From NCBI GenBank assembly GCA_963768565.1, contig CAVYIO010000031.1, positions 29,494-93,493 of the forward strand: a DNA stretch of 64,000 bases, written 5' to 3'. The stretch is from Rhodothermales bacterium (GTDB lineage: Bacteria > Bacteroidota > Rhodothermia > Rhodothermales > JABDKH01). The notes beneath the pieces were generated by a model. The model made no database searches and was not told the DNA's origin. It saw only the letters and a program-made list of their open reading frames with translations. Within the stretch, counting starts at the first letter, position 1, and every line of letters begins with the position of its first letter. A program made the translations under genes and the position numbers. Shown in pieces: positions 46,636 through 55,439 of this stretch.

Positions 46636-48057
46636 TCAGGCGGTGAGATCGCCCGACGCCGGAGGCACTATCCCGGGAATCGATCCGGCGGTTCGGCGGG
46701 TAAATATGAACCACGTCACTATCAGTGCGAAAAGATAGAGCACCAGCAACCCGGCCATCGTGAAGTAGCCTTCGAGACTTCCCTCGTACCAGACCAGCGG
46801 AAGGTTGATCATGATCAACAAAGGGAACCCGAGCGCGAGCGCTGCGCCGCTGCCGAGAGCCTGGTCCTGCGCCACGGGAGTCGCAAATTCCGGATCGGTT
46901 ACGCGGATCATGGCTAGGCCCGAGCTGATCGTTCCGGTTTGCTCCGCATAGAGTCCGACCGTTCGCTCGAATCGGTACTGTGAGAAAAGCCTGCCGATGG
47001 GCCACTTGATCGCGAAGTAAGTCGCAACGGCTCCAATGATGCACATCACGGCTATCGGTCCCACGTATTGCCAGGTGACCTTCAGGCTGATGGCCATGAT
47101 TGCGGCCGCCACCAGGATGTCGGCCAGCAGTCCCGTGATACGACGGAGTGTCCCATCGTCGATCATATAGCCGGCTTTGCGCACTTCAATGATCTTTCGT
47201 GTTCCCAGGGCCAGAAGATTCGCAACTACGAAGTTGAGAGACCAGAGCGTCGGAATCTCGTTCGTCAGGCCGGCTGCCGAGAGCAGTTGCTCCAATCCCA
47301 GCACGACGCCGTACGCCGCAAGGTATACGGCTCCGACGAGTGCGAAATGAAAAGTGAGGGTATCGATGGTCCCGCTGGAAAACGTGATGTGGGAGCCGAC
47401 CCCGGGCGGGACGTTCCTGGCAAATCCGCGGCGGACAAACTCGGTGCCGGCCTCATCGGGGCGCAACGTGGTCAGCCCCTTGTGAATGCCGCGATTGACA
47501 ACGCTGATACCCGTGATGTACGCCACGAGGAATCCGATGGCTGCCAGCGTCAAACCGATGTCCGCCGCCTCCGCGAAGCCATGCGCTTCCCACGACTGGC
47601 CGATCGAAAAGGCGATCCCGGGTCCCATGCCGAATCCCAGAGGAAGCAGTATGCCCACGGCCGGAACCAGATTGGGCGAAATCAGCCACAGAAAAAAGAG
47701 CGCCACGATCAGGCCGATCAGTGCCTGAATGACAAAGGTGAGCACCTTTATAAATCCGATGTGGATTGCGCCGACCGTGCGGCCACCGGTCCGTTTCAGC
47801 CCTACCCCGATAAACGTCAATGCCAACAGGTGGTAGACGTATACGCCCATGCGTTCAGGCGAGAATTCGATCCACTTGAGCAGCTCGGGGCCAAGGATCA
47901 GTCCGAGGAAGCCGGCGATCAGATTGCTGGGAATCAGAAAGCGCTGGAGAATCGGTATCCTGCTCCTGGCCATCGTGGCAGCAATGAGGAGTACACTCAC
48001 CACCGCAAAGTCGAGCACGAACTGCTTGATCGTGAAAGAGAATTCCCAGACAGGCAT
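46636..48057 (-). CDS. GltS-like sodium/glutamate symporter family transporter
   Basis: 473 aa, ~10-12 TM segments. N-terminus FAVVSVLLIAATMARSRIPILQRFLIPSNLIAGFLG and a central GFGMGPGIAF loop resemble GltS. Assignment made by eye only. Confidence 0.55.
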   Translation of the reverse strand: MPVWEFSFTIKQFVLDFAVVSVLLIAATMARSRIPILQRFLIPSNLIAGFLGLILGPELLKWIEFSPERMGVYVYHLLALTFIGVGLKRTGGRTVGAIHIGFIKVLTFVIQALIGLIVALFFLWLISPNLVPAVGILLPLGFGMGPGIAFSIGQSWEAHGFAEAADIGLTLAAIGFLVAYITGISVVNRGIHKGLTTLRPDEAGTEFVRRGFARNVPPGVGSHITFSSGTIDTLTFHFALVGAVYLAAYGVVLGLEQLLSAAGLTNEIPTLWSLNFVVANLLALGTRKIIEVRKAGYMIDDGTLRRITGLLADILVAAAIMAISLKVTWQYVGPIAVMCIIGAVATYFAIKWPIGRLFSQYRFERTVGLYAEQTGTISSGLAMIRVTDPEFATPVAQDQALGSGAALALGFPLLIMINLPLVWYEGSLEGYFTMAGLLVLYLFALIVTWFIFTRRTAGSIPGIVPPASGDLTA

Positions 48058-48116
48058 GTAATAACCGTGGGGTTGGCAAGTCGCTCAGAATATAGGAGTT
48101 CCTTCGAGCCGGATTG

Positions 48117-49286
48117 CTATCCACGGTCTTGTGAATCGAGATGCAGCCTGCTCAGGGCGTCTCTCCATGCGAGTGCGCTTCCCTCTCCTACGAAGCTCAG
48201 TTGAACCATTTCGCCCTTCAGGAACAGCTGTAGCTTGAAGTTTCGTTCGACGTCAAAGCCATGCAGATCGGTCATCGGAATCGAGCGAACGGCCGCGCCG
48301 GAGAGTTGGATGCTGTCGTCGAAGAGGCGAGCGTTCACGTTTCCATGACCCACTAGATGCGGGAAGTCGATCTCGGTGTGGTACTCCACGTTGTTCTCAA
48401 GGAGTTCGCCGCCGGGTCCCTTCGACAGGGGCATGTCGCGAACCCGCTCGTACAGATCACCTGTCAGATGAATCTCTCCAGAGCGCTCATCCAGAAGACG
48501 ACTGTCCGGAAGCATCTTCAGTCTTAGCGACCCGTCTTTGTTCTCTACGTAGGTACCGTCTCGCGAGATGAGGCCGTCGCGCTCGCCCGTCTGTAAATCG
48601 CGGTAGAGCAGACGGTGTATCCCGTCGGCCGGACGGTAGGCCCACCGCGGTCGCAGATGCTCGGGCGCCAGATTTTCGTCGAACGCGATCGGAGCCTTGA
48701 GTTGCTGAATGGCCTGTTCAAGCGGGGTATCGCGCGTGAAGGTCAGCGGCTCGAGAATCTCGACTTCAACGCGCCCGGGTCGAGGATACGTCGCCCAGCG
48801 CGGCCAACTGGTGTATGATCCGTGCGTGACGACAGGGTAAACGGGAATTCCCATCCGGGTGAATACTTTTGCGGTTGACCTGATCCACGGCTCCGGTCGT
48901 CCTGTCCAGCGACTCCCGCCCTCCGGATAGACGACGATCTTCCGACCGTCCGCCACCATCCGGTGGAAGACACGAATCAGGTGAGGGTCGGCCATCCGCT
49001 TACGTGTCGGATGAAGATCGATTCTGCTCAGTGCCCACTTGAGAAACGGCTTTCGGAAAAACTCCTGAGTCATCACTCCGCCGGTCGGGTCCGACCAGGG
49101 CGTAAAGCAGTTGAGGATAAACGGATCCCAGCGGTTGGAATGGTTGCCGTAGATGAAGCACGGACCCTTTCGGAGAGCCTCCGCGCCGCCCGGCAGTCTC
49201 GGATGCCACAATACACGCACCGCCGATAGCAGGATCGTGCGGAAGAGGGCGATGCTCAGCGGGGTCTGGTATGGGTGGCGGCTCAC
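48117..49286 (-). CDS. Lysophospholipid (1-acyl-glycerol-3-phosphate-type) acyltransferase with a ~190-aa C-terminal extension
   Basis: HX4D motif GNHSNRWDPF and VVYPEGGSRW motif. The C-terminal half has no family I recognise. Confidence 0.75.
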   Translation of the reverse strand: MSRHPYQTPLSIALFRTILLSAVRVLWHPRLPGGAEALRKGPCFIYGNHSNRWDPFILNCFTPWSDPTGGVMTQEFFRKPFLKWALSRIDLHPTRKRMADPHLIRVFHRMVADGRKIVVYPEGGSRWTGRPEPWIRSTAKVFTRMGIPVYPVVTHGSYTSWPRWATYPRPGRVEVEILEPLTFTRDTPLEQAIQQLKAPIAFDENLAPEHLRPRWAYRPADGIHRLLYRDLQTGERDGLISRDGTYVENKDGSLRLKMLPDSRLLDERSGEIHLTGDLYERVRDMPLSKGPGGELLENNVEYHTEIDFPHLVGHGNVNARLFDDSIQLSGAAVRSIPMTDLHGFDVERNFKLQLFLKGEMVQLSFVGEGSALAWRDALSRLHLDSQDRG

Positions 49287-49466
49287 GGTGCGGGCTGGTG
49301 GTCTGTCGGAATCTACACTTTAAGTTTAGACGATGGCGGATCGATTTACGGTGTGTTTTGGTCCATTTGGTTTGCAGGCGTCGACCGACGTACCTATCAT
49401 TTCCGGCGCGGAAGGTAGGCTTCCGAACGTCACCGGATCGAAGGCCGCTTAATCAGGAGTCCTGCC

Positions 49467-50018
49467 ATGCGAATTATCCCCCGGCGCATCTTCTTCACCC
49501 GCGGCAAAGGTGTGCACCGAGAGAAGTTGGCGTCTTTCGAGGCCGCTCTTCGCGATGCCGGGATCGCGAATCTCAACCTCGTCTATGTTTCGTCGATTTT
49601 TCCTCCTCGCTGTAAGAAAGTGACGGCTGCCGAAGGGCTCAAATCGCTGAGTGCGGGCGAAATTACTCACTGCGTGATGGCCCGGCAGGAGACTCAGGAA
49701 CCCGGTCGTCGCATCGCCGCTGCGATCGGCGTTGCGATTCCACGAAAGCCCGAGCTCTACGGGTATCTGTCGGAGCACCACGGGTATGGTGAGACACAGA
49801 AGGAGGCCTCCGACTATGTCGAGGACCTGGCTGCGGCAATGCTCGCAACTACACTGGGTGTTCCGTTTGATCTCGACACCGACTACAACGCGCGCAAGGA
49901 GCAGTACCGCATGGGTGGTCACATCGTCAACACGCAGTCCTTTACGCAGACCGCCGCCGGAGCGCCAGGCGGAGTGTGGACGACCGTCATTTCGTGCGCC
50001 GTCCTCCTACCGGATTAG
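49467..50018 (+). CDS. pdaD: Pyruvoyl-dependent arginine decarboxylase
   Basis: MRIIPRRIFFTRGKGVHREKLASFEAALRDAGIANLNLVYVSSIFPP, with the self-cleavage Ser-Ser context. Confidence 0.85.
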   Translation: MRIIPRRIFFTRGKGVHREKLASFEAALRDAGIANLNLVYVSSIFPPRCKKVTAAEGLKSLSAGEITHCVMARQETQEPGRRIAAAIGVAIPRKPELYGYLSEHHGYGETQKEASDYVEDLAAAMLATTLGVPFDLDTDYNARKEQYRMGGHIVNTQSFTQTAAGAPGGVWTTVISCAVLLPD

Positions 50019-50030
50019 TCGTCGTCAGAT

Positions 50031-51083
50031 ATGGGTCACGTCAAGAAGTTCATCGAACACCACTATCGCCACTTCAACGCGGCCACTCTCGTGGAGGCCG
50101 CACGCGCATACGACGACATTCTGCAGGACGGCGGAAAGATGATGGTGACGCTGGCCGGCGCCATGTCCACGGCCGAAATCGGGCTGTCGCTGGCCGAGAT
50201 GATTCGCCGCGACAAGGTTCACGCGATCACGTGCACGGGCGCCAACCTCGAGGAGGACGTGTTTAACCTGGTCGCTCACGATCACTACGTCCGAATACCC
50301 GATTGGAGGAATCTTCGGCCTGAGGATGAAAAGAAGCTTGAGCTGGCCGGGTTGAATCGGGTCACTGACACCTGTATTCCGGAGAATGAGGCTTTTCGGG
50401 CGATTGAAGAGCATATCCTGGCGCTGTGGAAGGAAGCGGACGACGACGGCGGGCGCCTCTTCCCGCACGAATTCGTGTTCAAACTGGTTACGGAGCGACT
50501 GCGTGCGGCGGATTTTCAGATTGACCCGAACGACTCCTGGATTCTGGCCGCAGCCGAGAAGAACCTGCCGATGTTCGTGCCCGGCTGGGAGGACTCAACC
50601 CTGGGCAACATCTTCGTCTCACATGTAATCAACGGGGATCTCTCGAGATACGACATCATGAGATCCGGACCGGAGTACATGGGTGCTCTCGCCGAGTTCT
50701 ACATCAGGACGACCATGGGTAAGTCGATCAGCGAACTGCAGCCTGTCGCTACGGGTGATGAATCGGACGTGCACAGCCGTGCGATACCGGCCGGTCAAGC
50801 TGCCGGACGGATTGGATTCTTCCAGATCGGTGGCGGCATCGCCGGGGATTTTCCGATCTGCGTGGTCCCCATGATTCATCAGGACCTGTCCCTGCCCTGT
50901 CCGTACTGGTCGTATTTCTGTCAGATATCCGACTCGACCACATCCTACGGTTCGTACTCGGGCGCCATTCCGTCGGAGAAGATCACGTGGGGTAAACTGG
51001 ATACCTCGACGCCGTCGTTCATCATTGAGTCGGATGCTTCGATTGTGGCCCCGTTGATCTTCGCTCATGTTCTCGACTGGTAG
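50031..51083 (+). CDS. Deoxyhypusine synthase-like protein (probable homospermidine synthase)
   Basis: 350 aa. MVTLAGAMSTAEIG...ITCTGANLEEDVFNLV and the ...WGK... C-terminal pattern of the DHS family. Confidence 0.85.
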   Translation: MGHVKKFIEHHYRHFNAATLVEAARAYDDILQDGGKMMVTLAGAMSTAEIGLSLAEMIRRDKVHAITCTGANLEEDVFNLVAHDHYVRIPDWRNLRPEDEKKLELAGLNRVTDTCIPENEAFRAIEEHILALWKEADDDGGRLFPHEFVFKLVTERLRAADFQIDPNDSWILAAAEKNLPMFVPGWEDSTLGNIFVSHVINGDLSRYDIMRSGPEYMGALAEFYIRTTMGKSISELQPVATGDESDVHSRAIPAGQAAGRIGFFQIGGGIAGDFPICVVPMIHQDLSLPCPYWSYFCQISDSTTSYGSYSGAIPSEKITWGKLDTSTPSFIIESDASIVAPLIFAHVLDW

Positions 51084-51109
51084 GCCGAGTCGTCAACCCG
51101 TGTGGTCCA

Positions 51110-52012
51110 ATGTCGGATCTCTTGCCATCGTTTCTCGGACTTGCCGCCGCGGACTCCGGCCGTTCACCGGCCCGGTGTCGGGTCCTGCCGGTTCCCTTTG
51201 AAGCCACCGTCTCATATGAAGGCGGCGCGGCGAATGGTCCAGGCGCGATCCTCGAGGCTTCGGCGCAGGTGGAGCTGTACGACCGGGCGTTTGGTGACGA
51301 CTCGTATGCGCAATATGGCGTAGAGACGCTGGCCGCATTTCAGGGGCCTGCGCCCGATGCCGAAGCGTTTGTGGACGGACTGGCGACCTATACAGCCAGA
51401 CACTTTGATCCGGAGCGCCTGATCGTCGGACTCGGCGGCGAGCACACCGTGACCGTCGGACTTGCGCGAGGCACGCGGCGCGCGATGGGTCGACCATTGA
51501 CACTGGTTCAAATAGATGCGCATGCGGATCTGCGTGACGAGTACGAGTCAAACCGTTATTCGCATGCCTGCGTGGCCCGCCGGTTGCTCGACGAGGGTGT
51601 GGACGAGGTCGTGCAGTTCGGGATCCGATCGGTGTGTCTTGAGGAGGCGCAGTTTATAGACCGTGATCCACGCGTTCACGTGTACTGGGCCGATCAGATA
51701 CACGACGATCGCGACGGGGATTATCTCCGAACTGTCGCTCGGCGGTTGGCCGATTCTGATGTCTATCTGACAATCGACGTGGACGGGTTGGATCCGGGAA
51801 TCATTCCGGCCACCGGAACGCCCGAGCCCAATGGCCTGACCTGGCGCCAGGCGATGGGGATTATCAAGACCGTGACTTCAGCGGCGCGGGTCGTGGGGTT
51901 GGACGTCGTCGAGTTGGCTCCGAGGCTGGGACTTCATGCCGCCGATTTTGCAGCGGCCAAGTTGACCTATCACGCTGTAAATCAGATTGCATCCGGCCGG
52001 GACTGGATGTGA
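51110..52012 (+). CDS. speB: Agmatinase (ureohydrolase family)
   Basis: Mn-binding motifs GGEHTVT, DAHADL, TIDVDGLDP and VELAP. Confidence 0.9.
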   Translation: MSDLLPSFLGLAAADSGRSPARCRVLPVPFEATVSYEGGAANGPGAILEASAQVELYDRAFGDDSYAQYGVETLAAFQGPAPDAEAFVDGLATYTARHFDPERLIVGLGGEHTVTVGLARGTRRAMGRPLTLVQIDAHADLRDEYESNRYSHACVARRLLDEGVDEVVQFGIRSVCLEEAQFIDRDPRVHVYWADQIHDDRDGDYLRTVARRLADSDVYLTIDVDGLDPGIIPATGTPEPNGLTWRQAMGIIKTVTSAARVVGLDVVELAPRLGLHAADFAAAKLTYHAVNQIASGRDWM

Positions 52013-52231
52013 CAATTGGTCGGTGTTCGGTAGACCACGTATTCTGTGCTGCGATCGCAAGACGGGTCCACAGGCTTGACGCGCACCAGCGCACTCGCGG
52101 TGGAGTGTAGCACGACTTACGCTGAACGAGGAGCGTCGGTCACTGGTGACAGGGTACACGGGCCGGCGTGCAGTTGTTACCTTTGCAGTCAACTCACACC
52201 ACTCATATCGGCCCCCGAATACGTTTCCGCC

Positions 52232-52601
52232 ATGGTTTTTCTCCGACTCGTACCTGTAGTTCTAAGCCTGATCATACTCGCAGCACACTTCTTGCGCGCC
52301 GAGAATATGCTCGTCGTCGTGATACTGATCGCGTCGTTGGGACTTCTCCTCGTCAAGCGCCCGTGGAGTCGTTCGCGTGATACAGACCATTCTCGTTCTC
52401 GGTGCGATTGAATGGCTGCTGACGCTGTCCGAATTGATGTCCCGCAGGATGCAAATGGGACAACCGTACATGCGGATGGTCGCTATCCTTGGCTCGGTGG
52501 CTTTCCTCACCGCTGTGTCGGGCCTTGTGTTCCGAAGCGAGTCATTGCGCAATCGGTATAGAGTGAACAGACCAGACGCGAGTACCGAAGCGCAGGCCTA
52601 G
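52232..52601 (+). CDS. Small four-helix membrane protein; frame broken once (track ORFs 52046..52411 and 52377..52601)
   Basis: MVFLRLVPVVLSLIILAAHFLR...LLLVKRPW continues in the +1 frame as VVRVIQTILVLGAIEWLLTLSE.... Deleting the base at about 52367 restores one ORF. Confidence 0.5.
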
Positions 52602-52624
52602 TTCATCAGGACAGTGACATCGAC

Positions 52625-52843
52625 ATGAAGATCATCGCTGCGTACTACCTGCTGCTATCGTGTGTCTTTTTGCTGGGCTATGCGGTCTACGTGCTGGTCT
52701 CTCAGTGGGCCGACGTCGAGTCGGGCGATCTCGCACTGCTTGCGGTCTTCTGGATCCTGCCATGCATTGCGGGGATCTACGTGGTAGTTGCCAACCGACT
52801 GGTCGCGCGCCGTCGGACAGGTTCGATGGACACAGACGCATGA
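52625..52843 (+). CDS. Small two-helix membrane protein
   Basis: 72-aa ORF with two clear hydrophobic helices. No family recognised. Confidence 0.4.
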   Translation: MKIIAAYYLLLSCVFLLGYAVYVLVSQWADVESGDLALLAVFWILPCIAGIYVVVANRLVARRRTGSMDTDA

Positions 52844-52844
52844 G

Positions 52845-53231
52845 ATGCTGACGCTCCTGGATGTATCCTTCTTTCTGTTTCACACCGGGTTGATGGTATT
52901 CAATCTCACGGGGTGGATCTGGATCAAGACGCGTCGGCTGCACCTGGCGGTCATCTCATTGACCGTTCTCTCATGGTTCGGACTCGGCATGTTCTACGGA
53001 ATCGGGTACTGTCCCTGTACGGACTGGCACTGGCAGGTGAAGAGAGCTCTGGGTGAGGGCGCACTGCCGGCTTCCTACGTGAAGTATTATCTGGATCGAT
53101 TCATCGGGCTCGATCTGGATCCGATGGCCATCGATGTGAGCGTGGCGGTGCTTGGCGTCGGGGCACTGCTCGTGTCCCTCGCTCTGAATGTGATAGATTG
53201 GAAAGGGAAGAATCCAAGAGCAAAGAAATGA
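52845..53231 (+). CDS. DUF2784-like membrane protein
   Basis: Internal ATG of track ORF 52788..53231: MLTLLDVSFFLFHTGLMVFNLTGW...GIGYCPCTDWHWQVK.... The CPxT/W motif is typical of the family. Confidence 0.6.
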   Translation: MLTLLDVSFFLFHTGLMVFNLTGWIWIKTRRLHLAVISLTVLSWFGLGMFYGIGYCPCTDWHWQVKRALGEGALPASYVKYYLDRFIGLDLDPMAIDVSVAVLGVGALLVSLALNVIDWKGKNPRAKK

Positions 53232-53238
53232 TCGGAAG

Positions 53239-53820
53239 ATGAAGCGACTCGCTGTTTTTTGTGGTTCTCGCAGTGGTACAGACGGAGTGTTTTCGTCCGC
53301 GGCCCGTGAACTCGGTGACGAAATGGTTCGTCGCGGGATCGACCTGGTGTATGGCGGCGGAAACGTCGGCCTGATGGGTGCTCTCGCCGATGCGGTTCTG
53401 GAGGCCGGGGGATCGGTCACGGGCGTCATTCCGGAGGCGCTTGCCGCGAAAGAGTTGGCCCACAGCCGGATACAGGATTTGCGCATCGTGGCTTCCATGC
53501 ACGACCGAAAGGCCCTCATTGCCGAGATCTCAGACGGATTCATGGCGCTGCCTGGCGGCATCGGGACCCTCGAGGAGTTCTTTGAGGTGTTGACATGGGG
53601 CCAGCTCGGGTTTCATCCCAAGCCGGTGGCGCTTTTGAACGTGGCCGGGTACTACGACGGTCTTCTATCCTTCATCGATCATGCGGTGGCGCACGGTTTC
53701 GTTCGGCACGTGCATGGAAAGATGGTGATCTCGGGACCGTCGGCGGCGGGACTCCTGGACAGGATGGCCGACTACCGTTCACCAGGCATTCCCAAATGGT
53801 TAGATCGAGAGGAGTTATGA
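53239..53820 (+). CDS. LOG-family cytokinin riboside 5'-monophosphate phosphoribohydrolase (TIGR00730)
   Basis: VFCGSRSG, YGGGNVGLMG and PGGIGTLEE motifs. Confidence 0.9.
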   Translation: MKRLAVFCGSRSGTDGVFSSAARELGDEMVRRGIDLVYGGGNVGLMGALADAVLEAGGSVTGVIPEALAAKELAHSRIQDLRIVASMHDRKALIAEISDGFMALPGGIGTLEEFFEVLTWGQLGFHPKPVALLNVAGYYDGLLSFIDHAVAHGFVRHVHGKMVISGPSAAGLLDRMADYRSPGIPKWLDREEL

Positions 53821-53844
53821 ACGAATCGCAGACGTGGAACAGCA

Positions 53845-54327
53845 TTGGCGGGCTTTGCCGGCGCTACACTATTGATCGGGCTTTTGGGGTCTGGTTGTCA
53901 GATGAATCGCGCGCCCGAACGCGGACCTTCCACGAGTCAGGAGTCCGATTACGTGACGGCCATTTACGACGTACTATCGGTCGACGGAGAGCTCGGTATT
54001 CAGCGAAATGGTGCAACGGAAACGGAGTCGATCGTCTCATCTATCCGGACATACCTGGCTGGAATCGATGGGACTGACTTCAGTGCGTGTCCTGACGATT
54101 TCACGGAAGCGTTCCGCTGGCATCGTGACGCATGGGAGAAATCGATCGTCTTCTTTGAACGGTTTCCGAATCTGCGAGGTGAGATGCACGAGCTCTTCGA
54201 GACGATCCGATCGGAAGGCGGAGAGACGCAGATAGAACTGGAACGGATCGAAGCGTTGATATGGGACTCGTGGGCGGAGGTGGAGGCGGTTGCTGCGGAC
54301 TATGGCGCGATCGAGCCGTCGCGGTAG
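53845..54327 (+). CDS. Hypothetical lipoprotein
   Basis: Lipobox LLIGLLGSGC. The track start is TTG. An ATG overlapping the LOG stop (ATGA at 53817) lies one frame off and could be the real start if an extra base is present. Confidence 0.5.
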   Translation: MAGFAGATLLIGLLGSGCQMNRAPERGPSTSQESDYVTAIYDVLSVDGELGIQRNGATETESIVSSIRTYLAGIDGTDFSACPDDFTEAFRWHRDAWEKSIVFFERFPNLRGEMHELFETIRSEGGETQIELERIEALIWDSWAEVEAVAADYGAIEPSR

Positions 54328-54421
54328 GGCTCCTGACCAAAACGGCCCGGTCCGCGAACGAACCGAGCCGTCTTGTTTAAGCTCGAAGTCTGATCAAGTC
54401 TTGGACTGGCAGGTACTGCGC

Positions 54422-55201
54422 CTAGTCCTCGAATTCGATCTCCTTGAATCCGTTTTCGATCTCCACTTCGAATTCGATCAGTTCACCCGTCGAACCGTAA
54501 TCAAAGGCGGACAGGTCGACGACACTCCCGTCGGCAGCTTTCAGCCATTCGGACGGATCAACAACGATGGTAATCTGATCTTCGTTCGCGGTATCGATCG
54601 TGATGGGAGGATCGAAGGCCATCTCGATTTCTATTTCCGCGTCGGCGTACACCGTGAACGGACGAACCTCGCCACCTGGACCCGGAGTTTCGAATTCACC
54701 GACGAATGCCATACTCGCTTTGGCGGGCCAGGCCGGGAAGTCGGCGCGGATCTGGGCGAGGAGAGCAGCCGTCTGTGCAGCCGAATCCTCATCGTCCTCG
54801 AGATTCTCGATCTCGAAGTCCAGTTCCTTGTACGTGTCGGGTGTGATGTTGGCGCTCGCGACACTGACAGTAGTTTCGTCGAGCGGAAGATCGAGGAAGA
54901 ACGGGGGAGCCTCAAACTCCTCACAGTTGTCATCGTCCTGGGTGTCCGCAACAAGGTCGCAGTCTTCTTCGTCGTTCAATCGGTCGAGTTCGAATTCTGC
55001 GACGATCAGATGAACGCCGGTCAGGCGAAGAGTCCCGTTGGATCCGGTAATCTCCAGGGTGCCTGCCGCAGTCTTGGCGAGTGATTGTGACTCCTGTGTG
55101 ACTCGAAACTGCACCTGGAGTGCTCCGGAATCGCTGGCTGAATCGCAGCCGACGAAGAGGGTTGATGCGGCGACGAGGGCCACGAGGATGTTATTTCGCA
55201 T
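54422..55201 (-). CDS. Acidic lipoprotein (DUF4382-like)
   Basis: MRNNILVALVAASTLFVGC lipobox. Beta-rich and very acidic, with a CDL...NCEE Cys pair. The family call is tentative. Confidence 0.5.
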   Translation of the reverse strand: MRNNILVALVAASTLFVGCDSASDSGALQVQFRVTQESQSLAKTAAGTLEITGSNGTLRLTGVHLIVAEFELDRLNDEEDCDLVADTQDDDNCEEFEAPPFFLDLPLDETTVSVASANITPDTYKELDFEIENLEDDEDSAAQTAALLAQIRADFPAWPAKASMAFVGEFETPGPGGEVRPFTVYADAEIEIEMAFDPPITIDTANEDQITIVVDPSEWLKAADGSVVDLSAFDYGSTGELIEFEVEIENGFKEIEFED

Positions 55202-55439
55202 TGTATCCGGGAAAGGTGGTTAGATAACTCAGTGTATCGGTGAGTCCGGACTCCTGTTCAAGTTTCCTGCCAAAAGAGGTACGAAGGGAGATAAAGGTTC
55301 GTAACTCGTTCTCCGCAATACTGATATGCTGAATTTGGCCGTGTCGACGCCATCGATCATCAACGCACAGAAGTGGTGCACCCTGCGCACAGGCGGTGGC
55401 ACCTGCGCAGAATATTCGCGGCCCGCGTTAGAAAAGGCG

